From Methylocella sp. (GTDB taxonomy: Bacteria > Pseudomonadota > Alphaproteobacteria > Rhizobiales > Beijerinckiaceae), in NCBI RefSeq assembly GCF_044226135.1, contig NZ_JBGAHM010000005.1, forward strand, positions 66,327 through 130,326: a DNA stretch of 64,000 nucleotides. Reading direction: 5' to 3'. The translations under genes and the position numbers were made by a program. The notes below the pieces were generated by a model. The model did not search any database and was not told the origin of the DNA. It was given only the letters and a program-made list of their open reading frames with translations. Positions 1-10,644 of the stretch are shown here, piece after piece; the stretch's first letter is position 1; every line of letters begins with the position of its first letter.

Positions 1-497
1 TGCCGCGCGAAAGCGTCATAAAGGGCGATTTCTCCGCCCGCTTCAACCAAAAGCACGAAGTTTTTCAGTAGAATAATTCTAACAAGCAGGGCGGCGCGCG
101 GCCCGATCCCCTGCGGCCCGGGCGCAGGGCGGCGGCGCGAAAGCCGGCGCAAAAGCCCGTGATCGGGCGGGCGGAAAGCGTGCGGGGCGGACGGCGCGGC
201 TTATGGACGCGGCCTCTGCGCCGCGCGATTTCAACGCCGCGATAAAAGCCGCGGGCCTCGTTTCAAAATCCCAAGCCCGCCAAAATCCCAAGCCCGCGCC
301 CCGGCGCAAACACGGCGCGGCGTCGGCGCCCAAGCTTAGACGACGCGAAGCTTCAGGTTTGCGCGCGAAGACTTCGCCGTCTTTCCGCCGCATGAGTTGC
401 AAATTGTCGTTATATGAGCTTTACCCAAGGCAAGCTGGCGCCCTGCGACGCGTCGACGGCGACGGTCCGGGCGAGCGACGCCGGAAAGGGGACGACT

Positions 498-2015
498 ATG
501 CAGGCGTTCGATCCAAGCGATCTTTCCAAGACGCGCCTGCCGATCGTCGTCCCGTTCCTGACCATGTGCGCGCTCGGCGCGGTCCAGCTCTACTTCGGCG
601 CCAGCGCCGCGGTCGTCGCGCTCGCCATCTTCGGCGTGACGGTCAGCTTCATCCCGCTGCATATTTTCGGCTGCGAAATCTATTCGCTCTTCGCGCTCGT
701 CTTCGGCCTGCGTTTCCTTCTCGTCGGCATTCTCTTCAAGACTCTCTACGGGCAGCCGCTCGACAGCCATCTGTTCAATCCGACGCCGGCCTATGCGATG
801 GCGACGCTGGTCGTCTGCCTCGGCGTCGTCGTGCTGATGATCGCGCGGCGCTTCGACCCGAGAACCGACTTCTTCGCCTTTCCGCTCGATCTCGCGGGCC
901 TTCGCAAGCTCGCCATCGGGGCCTTCTGCTTCGGGCTCGTCTGCATGGCGATCGTCAGCATGAAGGACAAGAGCGGCGCCGGAGGCGGCAACGCGGGCCC
1001 GCTGATGGTGGCCGCGACGACGCTCGCCTCTCTCGCCGTCCTGGGCTTCGTGGCCGAGGCCCTTCGCGCCGTGCTCGCGTCGGGCGGACGGACGGTGATG
1101 TCGCCGTTCCTCGCCGGCATGTTCGGCGTCGTGCTGCTCGCGGTGCTCTCGCTCAACATGCGCGGCTTCCTGGTCGACTGCCTCCTCGGCGTCGCCCTGG
1201 TCGGGATCATCTATCGGGCGATCAATCTCAGGCTCATCGTGGCGGCGACGCTGTTCGCGCTGTTCTTCCTGAACTTCATGACGCCGCTGACGCTGTACAT
1301 GCGCGGCAACAAGGAGTTGCCGCCCGCGGCCTTCGCGGAGCTCATGATCAACACCGGCGCGCGCATGGCCGTCGATTCCGATTTCCGCAAGGTCATCGTG
1401 AACACGACCACCCTGGCCAAGGCGCAGCGGGAAGACGACGACATCGACTATGACTATTACGGCAATCGCGCCAACGTCGAAAACCGCCTGTCCTTCGTCG
1501 CGCTGATCGACGCCGTGATGAACGGCATGAAGGGGCACGCCTTCGTCGGCATGAGCGCCGTCGAGAAGGCCATGTCCGCCATCATGCCGGGCTTCCTCGG
1601 CTTCACCAAGGAGGCCGTCAGCACCGGCGACTGGATCAGCTGGCGCATCGGCCTTCTTGAATATCCGTATATTTCCTATCTCGTCATCGGCGTGCCGATG
1701 GAGGCCTACGCCGCCTGGGGCCTCCCCGGCGTGCTGATCTATCCATTCCTGTTCTATCTGCCGGTCTTCCTGCTGCTCGCGCGTTTCGCCAGCCTGCGCA
1801 GCGCGACGCCGGTCTCGATCTTCATCCTGGCGAGCTTTCAGGCGGAAATCGCCGAATCGACGTCCGACGGCATGCTGAACGTCCTCTTCCGGGTCGCGCC
1901 GGTGCTGTTCTTGAGCCTGCTCCTGCTGCGCGTCATGCTGTTCCCCCGCCTGAAGCGCCGCAGCCCGATGGCGCGCATGCGGCGGCGCTCGGAGATCAGC
2001 TCCGTCGAAATCTGA
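498..2015 (+). CDS. polytopic inner-membrane protein, function unknown
   Basis: Frame of ORF 414..2015. Many hydrophobic helices (LPIVVPFLTMCALGAVQLYFGASAAVVALAIFGV, VLLAVLSLNMRGFLVDCLLGVALVGIIY, VLIYPFLFYLPVFLLLARF). Composition is not Arg/Pro-biased. Start placed at ATG 498, which has AAAGGGGA upstream; ATG 414 is also possible. No catalytic motif recognised. Confidence 0.6.
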   Translation: MQAFDPSDLSKTRLPIVVPFLTMCALGAVQLYFGASAAVVALAIFGVTVSFIPLHIFGCEIYSLFALVFGLRFLLVGILFKTLYGQPLDSHLFNPTPAYAMATLVVCLGVVVLMIARRFDPRTDFFAFPLDLAGLRKLAIGAFCFGLVCMAIVSMKDKSGAGGGNAGPLMVAATTLASLAVLGFVAEALRAVLASGGRTVMSPFLAGMFGVVLLAVLSLNMRGFLVDCLLGVALVGIIYRAINLRLIVAATLFALFFLNFMTPLTLYMRGNKELPPAAFAELMINTGARMAVDSDFRKVIVNTTTLAKAQREDDDIDYDYYGNRANVENRLSFVALIDAVMNGMKGHAFVGMSAVEKAMSAIMPGFLGFTKEAVSTGDWISWRIGLLEYPYISYLVIGVPMEAYAAWGLPGVLIYPFLFYLPVFLLLARFASLRSATPVSIFILASFQAEIAESTSDGMLNVLFRVAPVLFLSLLLLRVMLFPRLKRRSPMARMRRRSEISSVEI

Positions 2016-2149
2016 CCGTCCGGGCGCGCCCCGCGAACGCGAATATTTGACCGCTCCGCGGCGGCCGCCGCCGCGCGGCCGCCGCATCATCCGTCTAAGG
2101 CTTCAGCGCAACGCGGGCGTCCGGCCCGATCCGTTCGAGGCTTTCTCTC

Positions 2150-5100
2150 ATGAAGATACAGGCCAAGGCGCTCCTCGCCGCTGCGTGCCTTCTCGCGGCG
2201 CCAGGCCTTCACGCCGGCGGCGCGGCCGCGTCGGCCAAGCGCGTCGAGGGCGAGCGGGGGCGTCCGCGCGCCGACATCTGGATCGCGCCGACGGGGGTCG
2301 ATTCGGCCGGCGTCAGGATCGGCGTCGACTGCGTCGAAACGCAGCCCTGCAGGACGCAGGCGAAGGCCGCCGCCATGCTCGCCGCCAATATCGCGAAGAC
2401 GCCGAACCGCAGCTATGTGATCATGCTGCGCGGCGGACGCTACGAGACTTACGATTCCGGCACGCTCGTCCTCAACGCGCGGCACACGCCAGGGCCGCTC
2501 TCGTCCTCCTACACGGCGCCGTCCTACGGCGTGACCTGGAAAGCCTATCCGGGCGAAACGCCGGTCTGGAGCGGCGGCAAGGACATTTCCGGCACGTTCA
2601 AGAAGACCGTCCTGCCGGGCGGCGGCCCCGGCTGCGCGTCGGACGCGCTCGCGCCCTACGCGCCGCTCGTCAATGATCCCGCGCGCGGGCGCATGTCGCG
2701 CTTCTACGCGGGCTTCGCCACCGTGAACGGAAAATTCGCGCCGCCCGTCTATGCGCCGCGCAAGACCTATGGCTGGAACGCATTGCCGGCCCCGGGCGAG
2801 AAGACGGACCTTCCCGTCACGGCGACGCTGGCCGCGGGATCGTCCTCCATCGCCGTCAGCGACATGTCGCGCGTCGGCCTCGTCGGCGATCCGGTCTCGT
2901 TCGGGGCGGGCGCGCCCGCCGCGCTCGGCGGCCTCGCGAAGGGCCGGCTCTATTACGTCGTCGGGCGCTCAGCCGCCGCCTCGGGGGCCGGCGTGGTCGA
3001 GGTCGCGAACGCGCCCGGCGGGGCGGCCGTGCAGGCGACGGAGTCGGGGCGATGGTTTCTCCTCTCCGGGCCCTGGCCGACGAATTTCGGCGACAGGCTG
3101 ACGGCGCTGCGCAATCCGGAGCGCTCGAACCTGTTTCAGATCAATCCGGGAGACATTTCCGCGACGCCCTCGCCGTCGGGCGACGTGCGCGACCTCAAGA
3201 TTGAATTCGGAGAAGGCGGCTCGATGGTCCCGATCGCCTCGAAGACGGGCGACCGGATCGTCACCGAATCCTATGTCTGGCGCCCCTACCGGCAGGAGAA
3301 GGGCGCCCCCTACCGCATCGTCAACGATTATGGCCGCCTCGGCGAGAAGGGCTTCGCCGGCGAGGTCTATACCGACCGCAAGACCGGCCGCATCTATTAT
3401 TCGCTGCGCGCGGGGGAGAGCTGCGAGGGAAAGGACGCCGGCGGGCTCGCGCGCAAGGGGGCCTTTGTCATTCCCGTGCTGGACAATCTGATCCGCGTCT
3501 CGAACGCCGCCGCCGACGCCGCGGCGAACGGCGCGCGGACGGGCGTGCTGGTCGGCAACCAGACCTTTGAAGGCGTGACCTTCTCGGACACGCAGGTCGC
3601 CGCCTTCTCCTGCGACACGGGCGATGCGTCGGGCAATGTCTGCGGCGCGCAGCAGGCGGCCTCGAGCCAGTATTTCACCTATGTGCCGACCATCGCCGGC
3701 GTCGGCGCGAGCAACGTCCATGTCGACGACGGCGCATTTTACGCGATCGGCGGCTCGGCGATCGGCTTCTCATGGGGCTCGAACCATTATGGCGCGCGCG
3801 GCAACCGCATGGAGATGATCGGCGGGCAGGCGATCATGAGCGGCGCGAGCCTCGCCGCCTGGGCCAGCACGGCGTTCTCGAACGACGCGGGCTATGTCGG
3901 CGCGGCGCGCACGGGGCCGACCACCAACGCCCTGCTGCGGGGCGATCCTGAGACGGTGTGCTGCGGCCTGTTCGAGAACAACCATATCGCCAACGCCGCC
4001 TTCTTCGGCATGAATTCGAGCGTCGCCACCATGAGCGGCGGGCAACGGATCGTGTGGCGGAACAACACTATTCACTACTGCGTCGCCGACTGTTTCGCGG
4101 CGCAGTCGCGAAGCATCGAGAATCTGCCCGAGAATCTCGGCGACGAAAGCGGCACGCCGATCTACAAGCGCGGCGTGTTCGGCGACAAGCTCGTCTTCAA
4201 CGACATCGGCTATGCGGGCTATGAGACCGACCTTTCGGGCGGGCGCGGCTCCGTCCCCAATTCGACGCGCATGCACGACTTCGGCGTGGTCTACGTCCGC
4301 GGCCCGCATGACGGCCTTGGCGAGAACCCCGACGACCGCTTCGAGATCGCTTATAACCTCATCCACGACATGGGCTGCCGACCCGACACGGTCGACTGCA
4401 TGCTGTCCTATCTCGACGGAAACAACGCCAACGGAATCAATTATCATCATAATCTTCTATACCAGAAGCCGTCCGTGAACGGCGTGGTCCAGAATCTCGG
4501 CAGCGTCGCCCAGCACACCGGAGGGCTGCGCTCCTCGTTCCGCAACAACATCTTTTCCGGGATCTTCCCGCCGGGCGCGAGCTATGAGCGCTCGAGCTAC
4601 GGCCTGCTCGGCACGACCGGCGCCTGGGACAACTGGTGGCGCGAGGGGCGCCGCTTCGACGCGTCGCCGAAGCGGCCCGAATATGTGATCTGGGACGGGC
4701 GCGCCTATTCGACGACCATGGCGGGCGCGGCCGGCGCGACCCCGCCGACCTGCCTCAGCGGGAGCTGTTCCGACGGCGCGCTGACCTGGACCTTCGCGCA
4801 GGCCCTGCGCGATCCGCGCGCGGTCTATGAAAGCAACATCTTCGTCTGGACCGTGCTCGGAAGCGACCGCGCCGACCCGCCGGAGCGCCTCGGCTTTCTC
4901 ACGCGGCAGATGCGGCCGTCCGGAAACAACACTTTCCTGCGCGACCGGAACGTCTTCTTCCAGGCGGGGCCCGCGGCGTTCAGCGCCGACTATGTCGCGC
5001 GCGGCGACAAGGTGAGCGTCGCCGACTGGCGCGCGGTCTATGGCAACGACGTGCACGGATCGTTCGGCGTCGATCCCAATTTCGTCGACTGGACGAGCGG

Positions 5101-5260
5101 CGCGCCGGAGGGCTTCGACTTCAAGCCGACCGGCGACTTTCCGGCCTGCGGCGGGACCGGCGGGCGCTCGACCGCCTGCGGCCTCGGCTTCGTGCCCTGG
5201 GACTTCAGCCGCGCCGGGGCGAAGCTCGGCGCGAAGGGGGAGGCTTCGGCTTCCCCTTGA
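2150..5260 (+). CDS. secreted right-handed parallel beta-helix repeat protein (1036 aa)
   Basis: Signal peptide MKIQAKALLAAACLLAAPGLHA. Recurrent beta-helix turn motifs (FENNHIANAAFFG, WRNNTIHYC, AYNLIHDMG, YHHNLLYQ, FRNNIFSG). Assignment is by motif only. Confidence 0.7.
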   Translation: MKIQAKALLAAACLLAAPGLHAGGAAASAKRVEGERGRPRADIWIAPTGVDSAGVRIGVDCVETQPCRTQAKAAAMLAANIAKTPNRSYVIMLRGGRYETYDSGTLVLNARHTPGPLSSSYTAPSYGVTWKAYPGETPVWSGGKDISGTFKKTVLPGGGPGCASDALAPYAPLVNDPARGRMSRFYAGFATVNGKFAPPVYAPRKTYGWNALPAPGEKTDLPVTATLAAGSSSIAVSDMSRVGLVGDPVSFGAGAPAALGGLAKGRLYYVVGRSAAASGAGVVEVANAPGGAAVQATESGRWFLLSGPWPTNFGDRLTALRNPERSNLFQINPGDISATPSPSGDVRDLKIEFGEGGSMVPIASKTGDRIVTESYVWRPYRQEKGAPYRIVNDYGRLGEKGFAGEVYTDRKTGRIYYSLRAGESCEGKDAGGLARKGAFVIPVLDNLIRVSNAAADAAANGARTGVLVGNQTFEGVTFSDTQVAAFSCDTGDASGNVCGAQQAASSQYFTYVPTIAGVGASNVHVDDGAFYAIGGSAIGFSWGSNHYGARGNRMEMIGGQAIMSGASLAAWASTAFSNDAGYVGAARTGPTTNALLRGDPETVCCGLFENNHIANAAFFGMNSSVATMSGGQRIVWRNNTIHYCVADCFAAQSRSIENLPENLGDESGTPIYKRGVFGDKLVFNDIGYAGYETDLSGGRGSVPNSTRMHDFGVVYVRGPHDGLGENPDDRFEIAYNLIHDMGCRPDTVDCMLSYLDGNNANGINYHHNLLYQKPSVNGVVQNLGSVAQHTGGLRSSFRNNIFSGIFPPGASYERSSYGLLGTTGAWDNWWREGRRFDASPKRPEYVIWDGRAYSTTMAGAAGATPPTCLSGSCSDGALTWTFAQALRDPRAVYESNIFVWTVLGSDRADPPERLGFLTRQMRPSGNNTFLRDRNVFFQAGPAAFSADYVARGDKVSVADWRAVYGNDVHGSFGVDPNFVDWTSGAPEGFDFKPTGDFPACGGTGGRSTACGLGFVPWDFSRAGAKLGAKGEASASP

Positions 5261-5266
5261 GCCGCC

Positions 5267-6316
5267 TCAGATGAAGCGGACTTGCGCCGGGCCTTCGGCG
5301 ACGGAGCCGATGATCGCGGCGCGCGCGAAGCCCTCGGCCTCGATCATGGCGCGCAGGCGCGGGGCGTCAGCGCCCTCGCAGGCGACGAGCAGGCCGCCTG
5401 AGGTCTGCGGATCGGTGACGAGGACGCGCGTCCAGTCGGCGCCGGCGGCCGGAAGCGCGACGTCGGCGCCGTAGCTCGCCCAGTTGCGCGTCGAGGCGCC
5501 GGTGGCGAGGCCCGCGCGGGCGAAGCCTTCAGCCTGCGCGAAAAGGGGCACGCGCGCAAGCTCGATCTCGAGCGTGACGCCGCCGCCGCGGGCCATTTCA
5601 AGCGCATGGCCGGCGAGGCCGAAGCCGGTCACGTCGGTCACGCCATGCACGCGGGGCTCGCGCCCGAGCGTGGCGCCGACGCGGTTCAAAAGCGTGGTCG
5701 AGGCGATCATCTCGGCATAGGCGTCGGGCGGCAGGACGCCTTTCTTGATCGCCGCCGAATAGAGCCCGACGCCGAGCGCCTTGGTCAGGATCAGCGCGTC
5801 GCCGGGCTTCGCGCCGCTGTTGCGCCTGACCTCGGCGGCGCGGCAGAGGCCGATCGCGACAAGGCCGTAGATCGGCTCGGGCGAATCGATCGAATGACCG
5901 CCGGCGACGCGCACGCCGGCCTCGGCGCAGAGCGAGGCGCCGCCGGCGAGGATCTCGCGCACCGTCTCGACGGGCAGCTTGTCGAGCGGCATGCCGAGCA
6001 CGGCGAGCGCCATGATCGGCCGGCCGCCCATGGCGTAGACGTCGGAGAGGGCGTTGGCCGCGGCGATGCGGCCGAAGTCGCGCGGATCGTCGACCATCGG
6101 CATGAAGAAGTCGGTCGTGGCGATGACGCAATGCTCGTCGTCGATGCGCCAGACGGCGGCGTCGTCGCCGGTCTCGAGCCCGACCAGAAGCTCGGGCGAG
6201 GCCGGGCCCATGGACTGGTCGGCAAGCAGTTTCTGCAGCACGGCGGGGGCGAGCTTGCAGCCGCAGCCGCCGCCATGGGCGAGGCTGGTGAGACGGACGG
6301 GCGACGGTTCGGACAC
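5267..6316 (-). CDS. selD: selenide, water dikinase (selenophosphate synthetase)
   Basis: N-terminal [14 protein letters not shown] Cys/Lys loop typical of SelD, followed by PurM-like motifs (GDDAAVW, ATTDFF, GGHSID). Start set to GTG 6316 with GGAG 7 nt upstream. The ORF-track start at 6433 adds an Arg-rich extension. Confidence 0.9.
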   Translation of the reverse strand: MSEPSPVRLTSLAHGGGCGCKLAPAVLQKLLADQSMGPASPELLVGLETGDDAAVWRIDDEHCVIATTDFFMPMVDDPRDFGRIAAANALSDVYAMGGRPIMALAVLGMPLDKLPVETVREILAGGASLCAEAGVRVAGGHSIDSPEPIYGLVAIGLCRAAEVRRNSGAKPGDALILTKALGVGLYSAAIKKGVLPPDAYAEMIASTTLLNRVGATLGREPRVHGVTDVTGFGLAGHALEMARGGGVTLEIELARVPLFAQAEGFARAGLATGASTRNWASYGADVALPAAGADWTRVLVTDPQTSGGLLVACEGADAPRLRAMIEAEGFARAAIIGSVAEGPAQVRFI

Positions 6317-6555
6317 GTGAGGCTCCGGGCGTTGAACGGGCCCACCATAGCCCCGGGCGCGGCGCCTGCAAGGCGCGGCGTCGGCGCGGCGTCGGCGCGG
6401 CCTGCGGCCGGGCGTGGCGAAGTATATACTCAAGTATACGGTATCGGGAGTTTGATTTGATTTGAGAATGATGAACCTTGAGGTAATAATGGAGTTGGAA
6501 TAAGACCTGTTCCAACCAAGGATCCGCCCGGATTAGCCTGGAGGAGAGCGCCGCC

Positions 6556-9500
6556 ATGGACCTCAGTCGTCGCGGATTCATCAAGCTCAGCGCGGCGGGC
6601 CTCGCCGCCTCGAGCCTCGGCGCTTTCGGGTTCGGCGCGGACGGCGAGGCGCTCGCGGCGGCGGTGCGGCCCTACAAGCTCGCGGCGGCGTCCGAGACGC
6701 GCAACACCTGCACCTATTGCTCGGTCGCCTGCGGCATCCTTGTCTACAGTCTCGGCGACCGTTCCAAGAACGCCCGCTCCGAGATCATGCATATCGAGGG
6801 CGATCCTGACCATCCGGTCAACCGCGGCACGCTCTGCCCCAAGGGCGCGGGCCTGCTCGACATCGTGCATGCGGCGGAGCGGCTCAAGGTTCCGCGCTAT
6901 CGCGCGCCCGGAACGGCCGAATTCAAGGACGTCTCCTGGGACTTCGCGCTCGACCGCATCGCGACCCTCATGAAGCAGGACCGCGACGCCAATTTCGTCG
7001 CCAAGACCGACGCCGGCGTGACCGTCAACCGCTGGATCACCACCGGCATGCTGGCCGCCTCGGCCTCGTCGAGCGAGACCGCGCTCCTGACATGGAAGGT
7101 GGCCCGCTCCTTCGGGATGCTCGTCTTCGACAATCAGGCGCGTGTCTGACACGGACCGACGGTAGCCAGTCTGGCTCCAACATTCGGTCGCGGCGCGATG
7201 ACCAACACCTGGCAGGACATCAAGAACGCCGATGTCGTGCTGGTGATGGGCGGAAATGCGGCTGAAGCGCATCCGTGCGGCTTCAAATGGGTGATCGAGG
7301 CCAAGATCGAGAACGGCGCGAAGCTCGTCGTCGTCGATCCGCGCTTCACGCGCACGGCGTCCGTCGCCGACATGCATGTGCCGATCAGGCCCGGAACCGA
7401 CATCGCCTTCCTGAACGGCGTGATCCGCAACCTGCTCGCGACAGGCAGGATCCAGGAGCGCTACGTCCGCGCTTTCACCAACGCCGGCCTCATCGTCAAG
7501 GAAGGCTACAGCTTCGACGACGGCCTGTTCACAGGCTATGACGAGGAGAAGCACAGCTACGACAAGTCGAGCTGGAACTATGAGCTTGACGAACAGGGCT
7601 TCGCCAGGGAGGATCCGACCTGGGCGCATCCGCGCTGCGTGATCAACCTCATGCGCGCCCATGTCGAACGCTACACGCCCGAGACGGTGTCGCGCATCAC
7701 CGGCACGCCGCAAGACAAGTTTCTCGCCGTGTGCGACCTGTTCGCCTCGACCTCCGCGCCCGACAAGGCGCTGACGAGCCTGTTCGCGCTCGGCTGGACG
7801 CAGCATTCGGTCGGCTCGCAGAACATCCGCGCGATGGCGATGATCCAGCTCCTGCTCGGCAACATCGGCGTCGCCGGCGGCGGCATGAACGCGCTGCGCG
7901 GCCATTCCAACATCCAGGGCCTGACCGACGTCGGCCTGTTGTGGAACCTGATCCCCGGCTACATGACGCTGCCGACGGAGGCCGAGCCGACCTATCAGAA
8001 ATACATGGAGACGCGGCAGTTCAAGCCGCTGCGGCCGGGCCAGGTCAGCTACTGGCGCAATTATTCGAAATTCTTCGTAAGCTTCCAGAAATCGACCTTC
8101 GGCGCGGCCGCCACGGCCGACAACAGCTGGGGGTATGACTTCCTGCCGAAATCGGAGCCGGGAAAGAGCTACGACATTCTCTACGCCTTCGAGATGATGA
8201 ATCGGGGCAAGATCAACGGCTATATCTGCCAGGGCTTCAACCCGCAGCAGGCTTTCCCCGACCGCGGCAAGATCCGCCGCGGCCTGTCGAAGCTCAAGTT
8301 TCTCGTCGTCATGGATCCGCTCAACACCGAGACGGCGAATTTCTGGCGCGACGAGGGGCCGCAGAACCCGTCCAATCCGGCGGCGATCGAGACCGAAGTG
8401 TTCCAGCTGCCGACCACCTGCTTCGCCGAGGAGGATGGCTCGCTGGTCAATTCGGCGCGCTGGCTGCAATGGCACTGGAAGGCCGCCGACGCGCCGGGCG
8501 TCGCGAAATCCGACATCTGGATCATGAGCCAGATCTTCCGGCGCATGAAGGCGAAGTATCGCGCGCAGGGCGGCGCTCCGGCCGACGCCATCAATGCGCT
8601 CTCCTGGAATTACCTCGACCCCGACGACCCGACGCCGGAAGAACTCGCCAAGGAGATGAACGGGCGCGCCCTCGCCGACCTCAAGGACGACGCCGGCGCC
8701 GTCACGGTCAAGGCGGGCAAGCTCATCGACGGCTTCGCGCAGCTGCGCGACGACGGCTCGACGGCCTCAGGCTGCTGGATCTTCTCGGGCTGCTACACCG
8801 AGAAAGGCAACACCATGGCGCGGCGCGACGCCACCGACCCGCGTGAGCAGGGCATCGCCCCGAACTGGGCCTTCGCCTGGCCGGCGAACCGGCGCATCCT
8901 CTACAACCGCGCCAGCGCGGACGTCGAGGGCCGGCCCTGGAACCCGAAGAAATCCATCATCCAGTGGAACGGGTCGCTCTGGACGGGGCTCGACGTGCCG
9001 GACTATCCGCCGGCGGCCAAGCCGTCGGACGGCGTCAGCCCGTTCATCATGAACGACGAAGGTCTGGGCCGCCTGTTCGCGCGCGACCAGATGGCCGAAG
9101 GGCCCTTCCCGGAGCATTACGAGCCCTTTGAATCGCCCTCGGAGAACATTCTGCATCCGAAAGTGCGGACCAATCCGGCCGCGCGCGTCTTCCCCGACGA
9201 CCGCAAGATGTTCGGCTCGGCGGCCGACTTCCCCTATGTGGCGACGACCTACAGGCTGACGGAGCATTTCCACTACTGGACCAAGCACGCGGTCATCAAC
9301 GCCGTGCTCCAGCCCGAGGAGTTCGTCGAGATCGGAGAGGCGCTCGCCAGAGAAAAAGGCCTGACCCAGGGCGGATGGGTGCGCATCGCCTCGAAACGCG
9401 GCGAGATCGTCTGCAAGGCTTATGTGACGAAGCGCATCAAGCCGATCATGGTCGACGGCAAGCCGACGCATGTGATCGGCGTGCCGATCCACTGGGGCTT

Positions 9501-9630
9501 CACGGGCGTCGCGCGCAAGGGCTACGGCGCCAACACGCTGACGCCCTCGGTCGGCGACGCCAACACCCAGACGCCGGAGTTCAAGGCTTTCCTCGTCAAT
9601 GTCGAGAAGGCCTCGCCGCCGGTCGCCTGA
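6556..9630 (+). CDS. fdnG: formate dehydrogenase-N/O alpha subunit, selenocysteine-containing (TGA 7147..7149 read as Sec)
   Basis: ORFs 6556..7149 and 7198..9630 are in the same frame. The junction reads FDNQARV-[TGA]-HGPTVASLAPTFGRGAMTNTWQDIKNAD, which matches my recollection of the E. coli FdnG Sec196 region. Tat signal MDLSRRGFIKLSAAG. Cys cluster CTYCSVAC..C for the 4Fe-4S centre. Confidence 0.93.
7147..7195 (+). promoter_or_regulatory. Sec codon plus candidate bacterial SECIS hairpin
   Basis: TGA is followed by cacggaccgacgGTAGCCAgtcTGGCTCCaac. A small stem (AGCCA/TGGCT) with a GUC-containing apical loop lies about 12-30 nt downstream of the UGA, the position seen in fdhF/fdnG SECIS elements. 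Not folded computationally. Confidence 0.55.
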
Positions 9631-9699
9631 CGCCTGTTCGAACATGCCGGCCTCGCGGCGGAGACGACCTCCCCCGCGACGGCCTGAAGGAGCCGCGCC

Positions 9700-10644
9700 A
9701 TGGCGGATTTGCAATCGCAGGACATCATCAGGCGCTCGGCGACGACCATGACGCCGCCCTCGGCGCGCGCGCATGAGGCGGAGGTGTCGAAGCTCATCGA
9801 CGTGTCGCGCTGCATCGGCTGCAAGGCCTGCCAGTCGGCCTGCATGGAATGGAACAATCTGCGCCCGGCGATCGGGACGTTCGAGGGCTCTTACGACAAT
9901 CCGCACGACCTCGCCCCCGAGGTGTGGACGCTGATGCGCTTCACCGAATGGGACAACGACAAGGGCGACCTCGAATGGCTGATCCGCAAGGACGGCTGCA
10001 TGCATTGCGCCGATCCCGGCTGCCTCAAGGCCTGCCCCGCGCCCGGCGCGATCGTCCAATACGCCAACGGGATCGTCGATTTCATCTCCGACGCCTGCAT
10101 CGGCTGCGGCTATTGCGTGAAGGGCTGCCCTTTCAACATTCCCCGCGTCAGCAAGGACGACCATAAATCCTACAAATGCACGCTCTGCTCGGACCGCGTC
10201 GCGGTCGGGCTCGAACCCGCCTGCGTCAAGGCCTGCCCCACGGGCGCCATTCTGTTCGGCTCCAAGGCCGACATGACCGAATGGGCCGGCGAGCGCGTCG
10301 ACGAGCTCAAGGGCCGCGGCTTCGCGAACGCCGGGCTCTACGATCCGCCGGGCGTCGGCGGCACGCATGTGATGTATGTCCTGCATCATGCCGACCGTCC
10401 GGCGCTTTACGCAGGCCTGCCCGAGAACCCCAGCGTCAGCCCGCTGGTCGCGGCCTGGAAGGGGCTTTTGAAGCCGCTCGCCATCGCCGGCATGGCGTTC
10501 GGGGCGGTTGCCGGCTTCTTCCACTGGGTCACGGTCGGCCCGAACGAGGTCGAGCCCGCCGACGAGGCGGAGGCCAAGACGCTTTTCCTGACGAGCAATG
10601 AAGCGGCGCGCGGCGAGGCGCAAAGCGGGAGCGCGCGGACATGA
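9700..10644 (+). CDS. fdnH: formate dehydrogenase beta (4Fe-4S) subunit
   Basis: [36 protein letters not shown] and further CxxCxxCxxxC ferredoxin clusters ([31 protein letters not shown]). C-terminal TM anchor. Confidence 0.92.
   Translation: MADLQSQDIIRRSATTMTPPSARAHEAEVSKLIDVSRCIGCKACQSACMEWNNLRPAIGTFEGSYDNPHDLAPEVWTLMRFTEWDNDKGDLEWLIRKDGCMHCADPGCLKACPAPGAIVQYANGIVDFISDACIGCGYCVKGCPFNIPRVSKDDHKSYKCTLCSDRVAVGLEPACVKACPTGAILFGSKADMTEWAGERVDELKGRGFANAGLYDPPGVGGTHVMYVLHHADRPALYAGLPENPSVSPLVAAWKGLLKPLAIAGMAFGAVAGFFHWVTVGPNEVEPADEAEAKTLFLTSNEAARGEAQSGSART

Noticed and set aside
336-2090. 584-aa minus-strand ORF (and the 416-aa ORF at 203..1453) overlapping the membrane-protein gene
   Set aside because: Extreme Arg/Ala/Gly/Asp/His composition is typical of off-frame or antisense translation of GC-rich coding DNA. 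No motifs are present, whereas the plus-strand frame gives a coherent polytopic membrane protein.
7147-7149. Interpretation of the TGA as a real stop, making fdnG a pseudogene or two genes
   Set aside because: The flanking residues reproduce the conserved Sec context (ARV-U-HGPTVASLAPTFGRGAMTN). The frame is continuous, a hairpin follows, and selD is adjacent.
6430-10623. Long antisense ORFs 6430..8475 (681 aa) and 8767..10623 (618 aa) opposite fdnG/fdnH
   Set aside because: The opposite strand encodes unmistakable FdnG/FdnH sequence. The antisense products are Arg/Gly/Ala/Asp-rich and lack domains.
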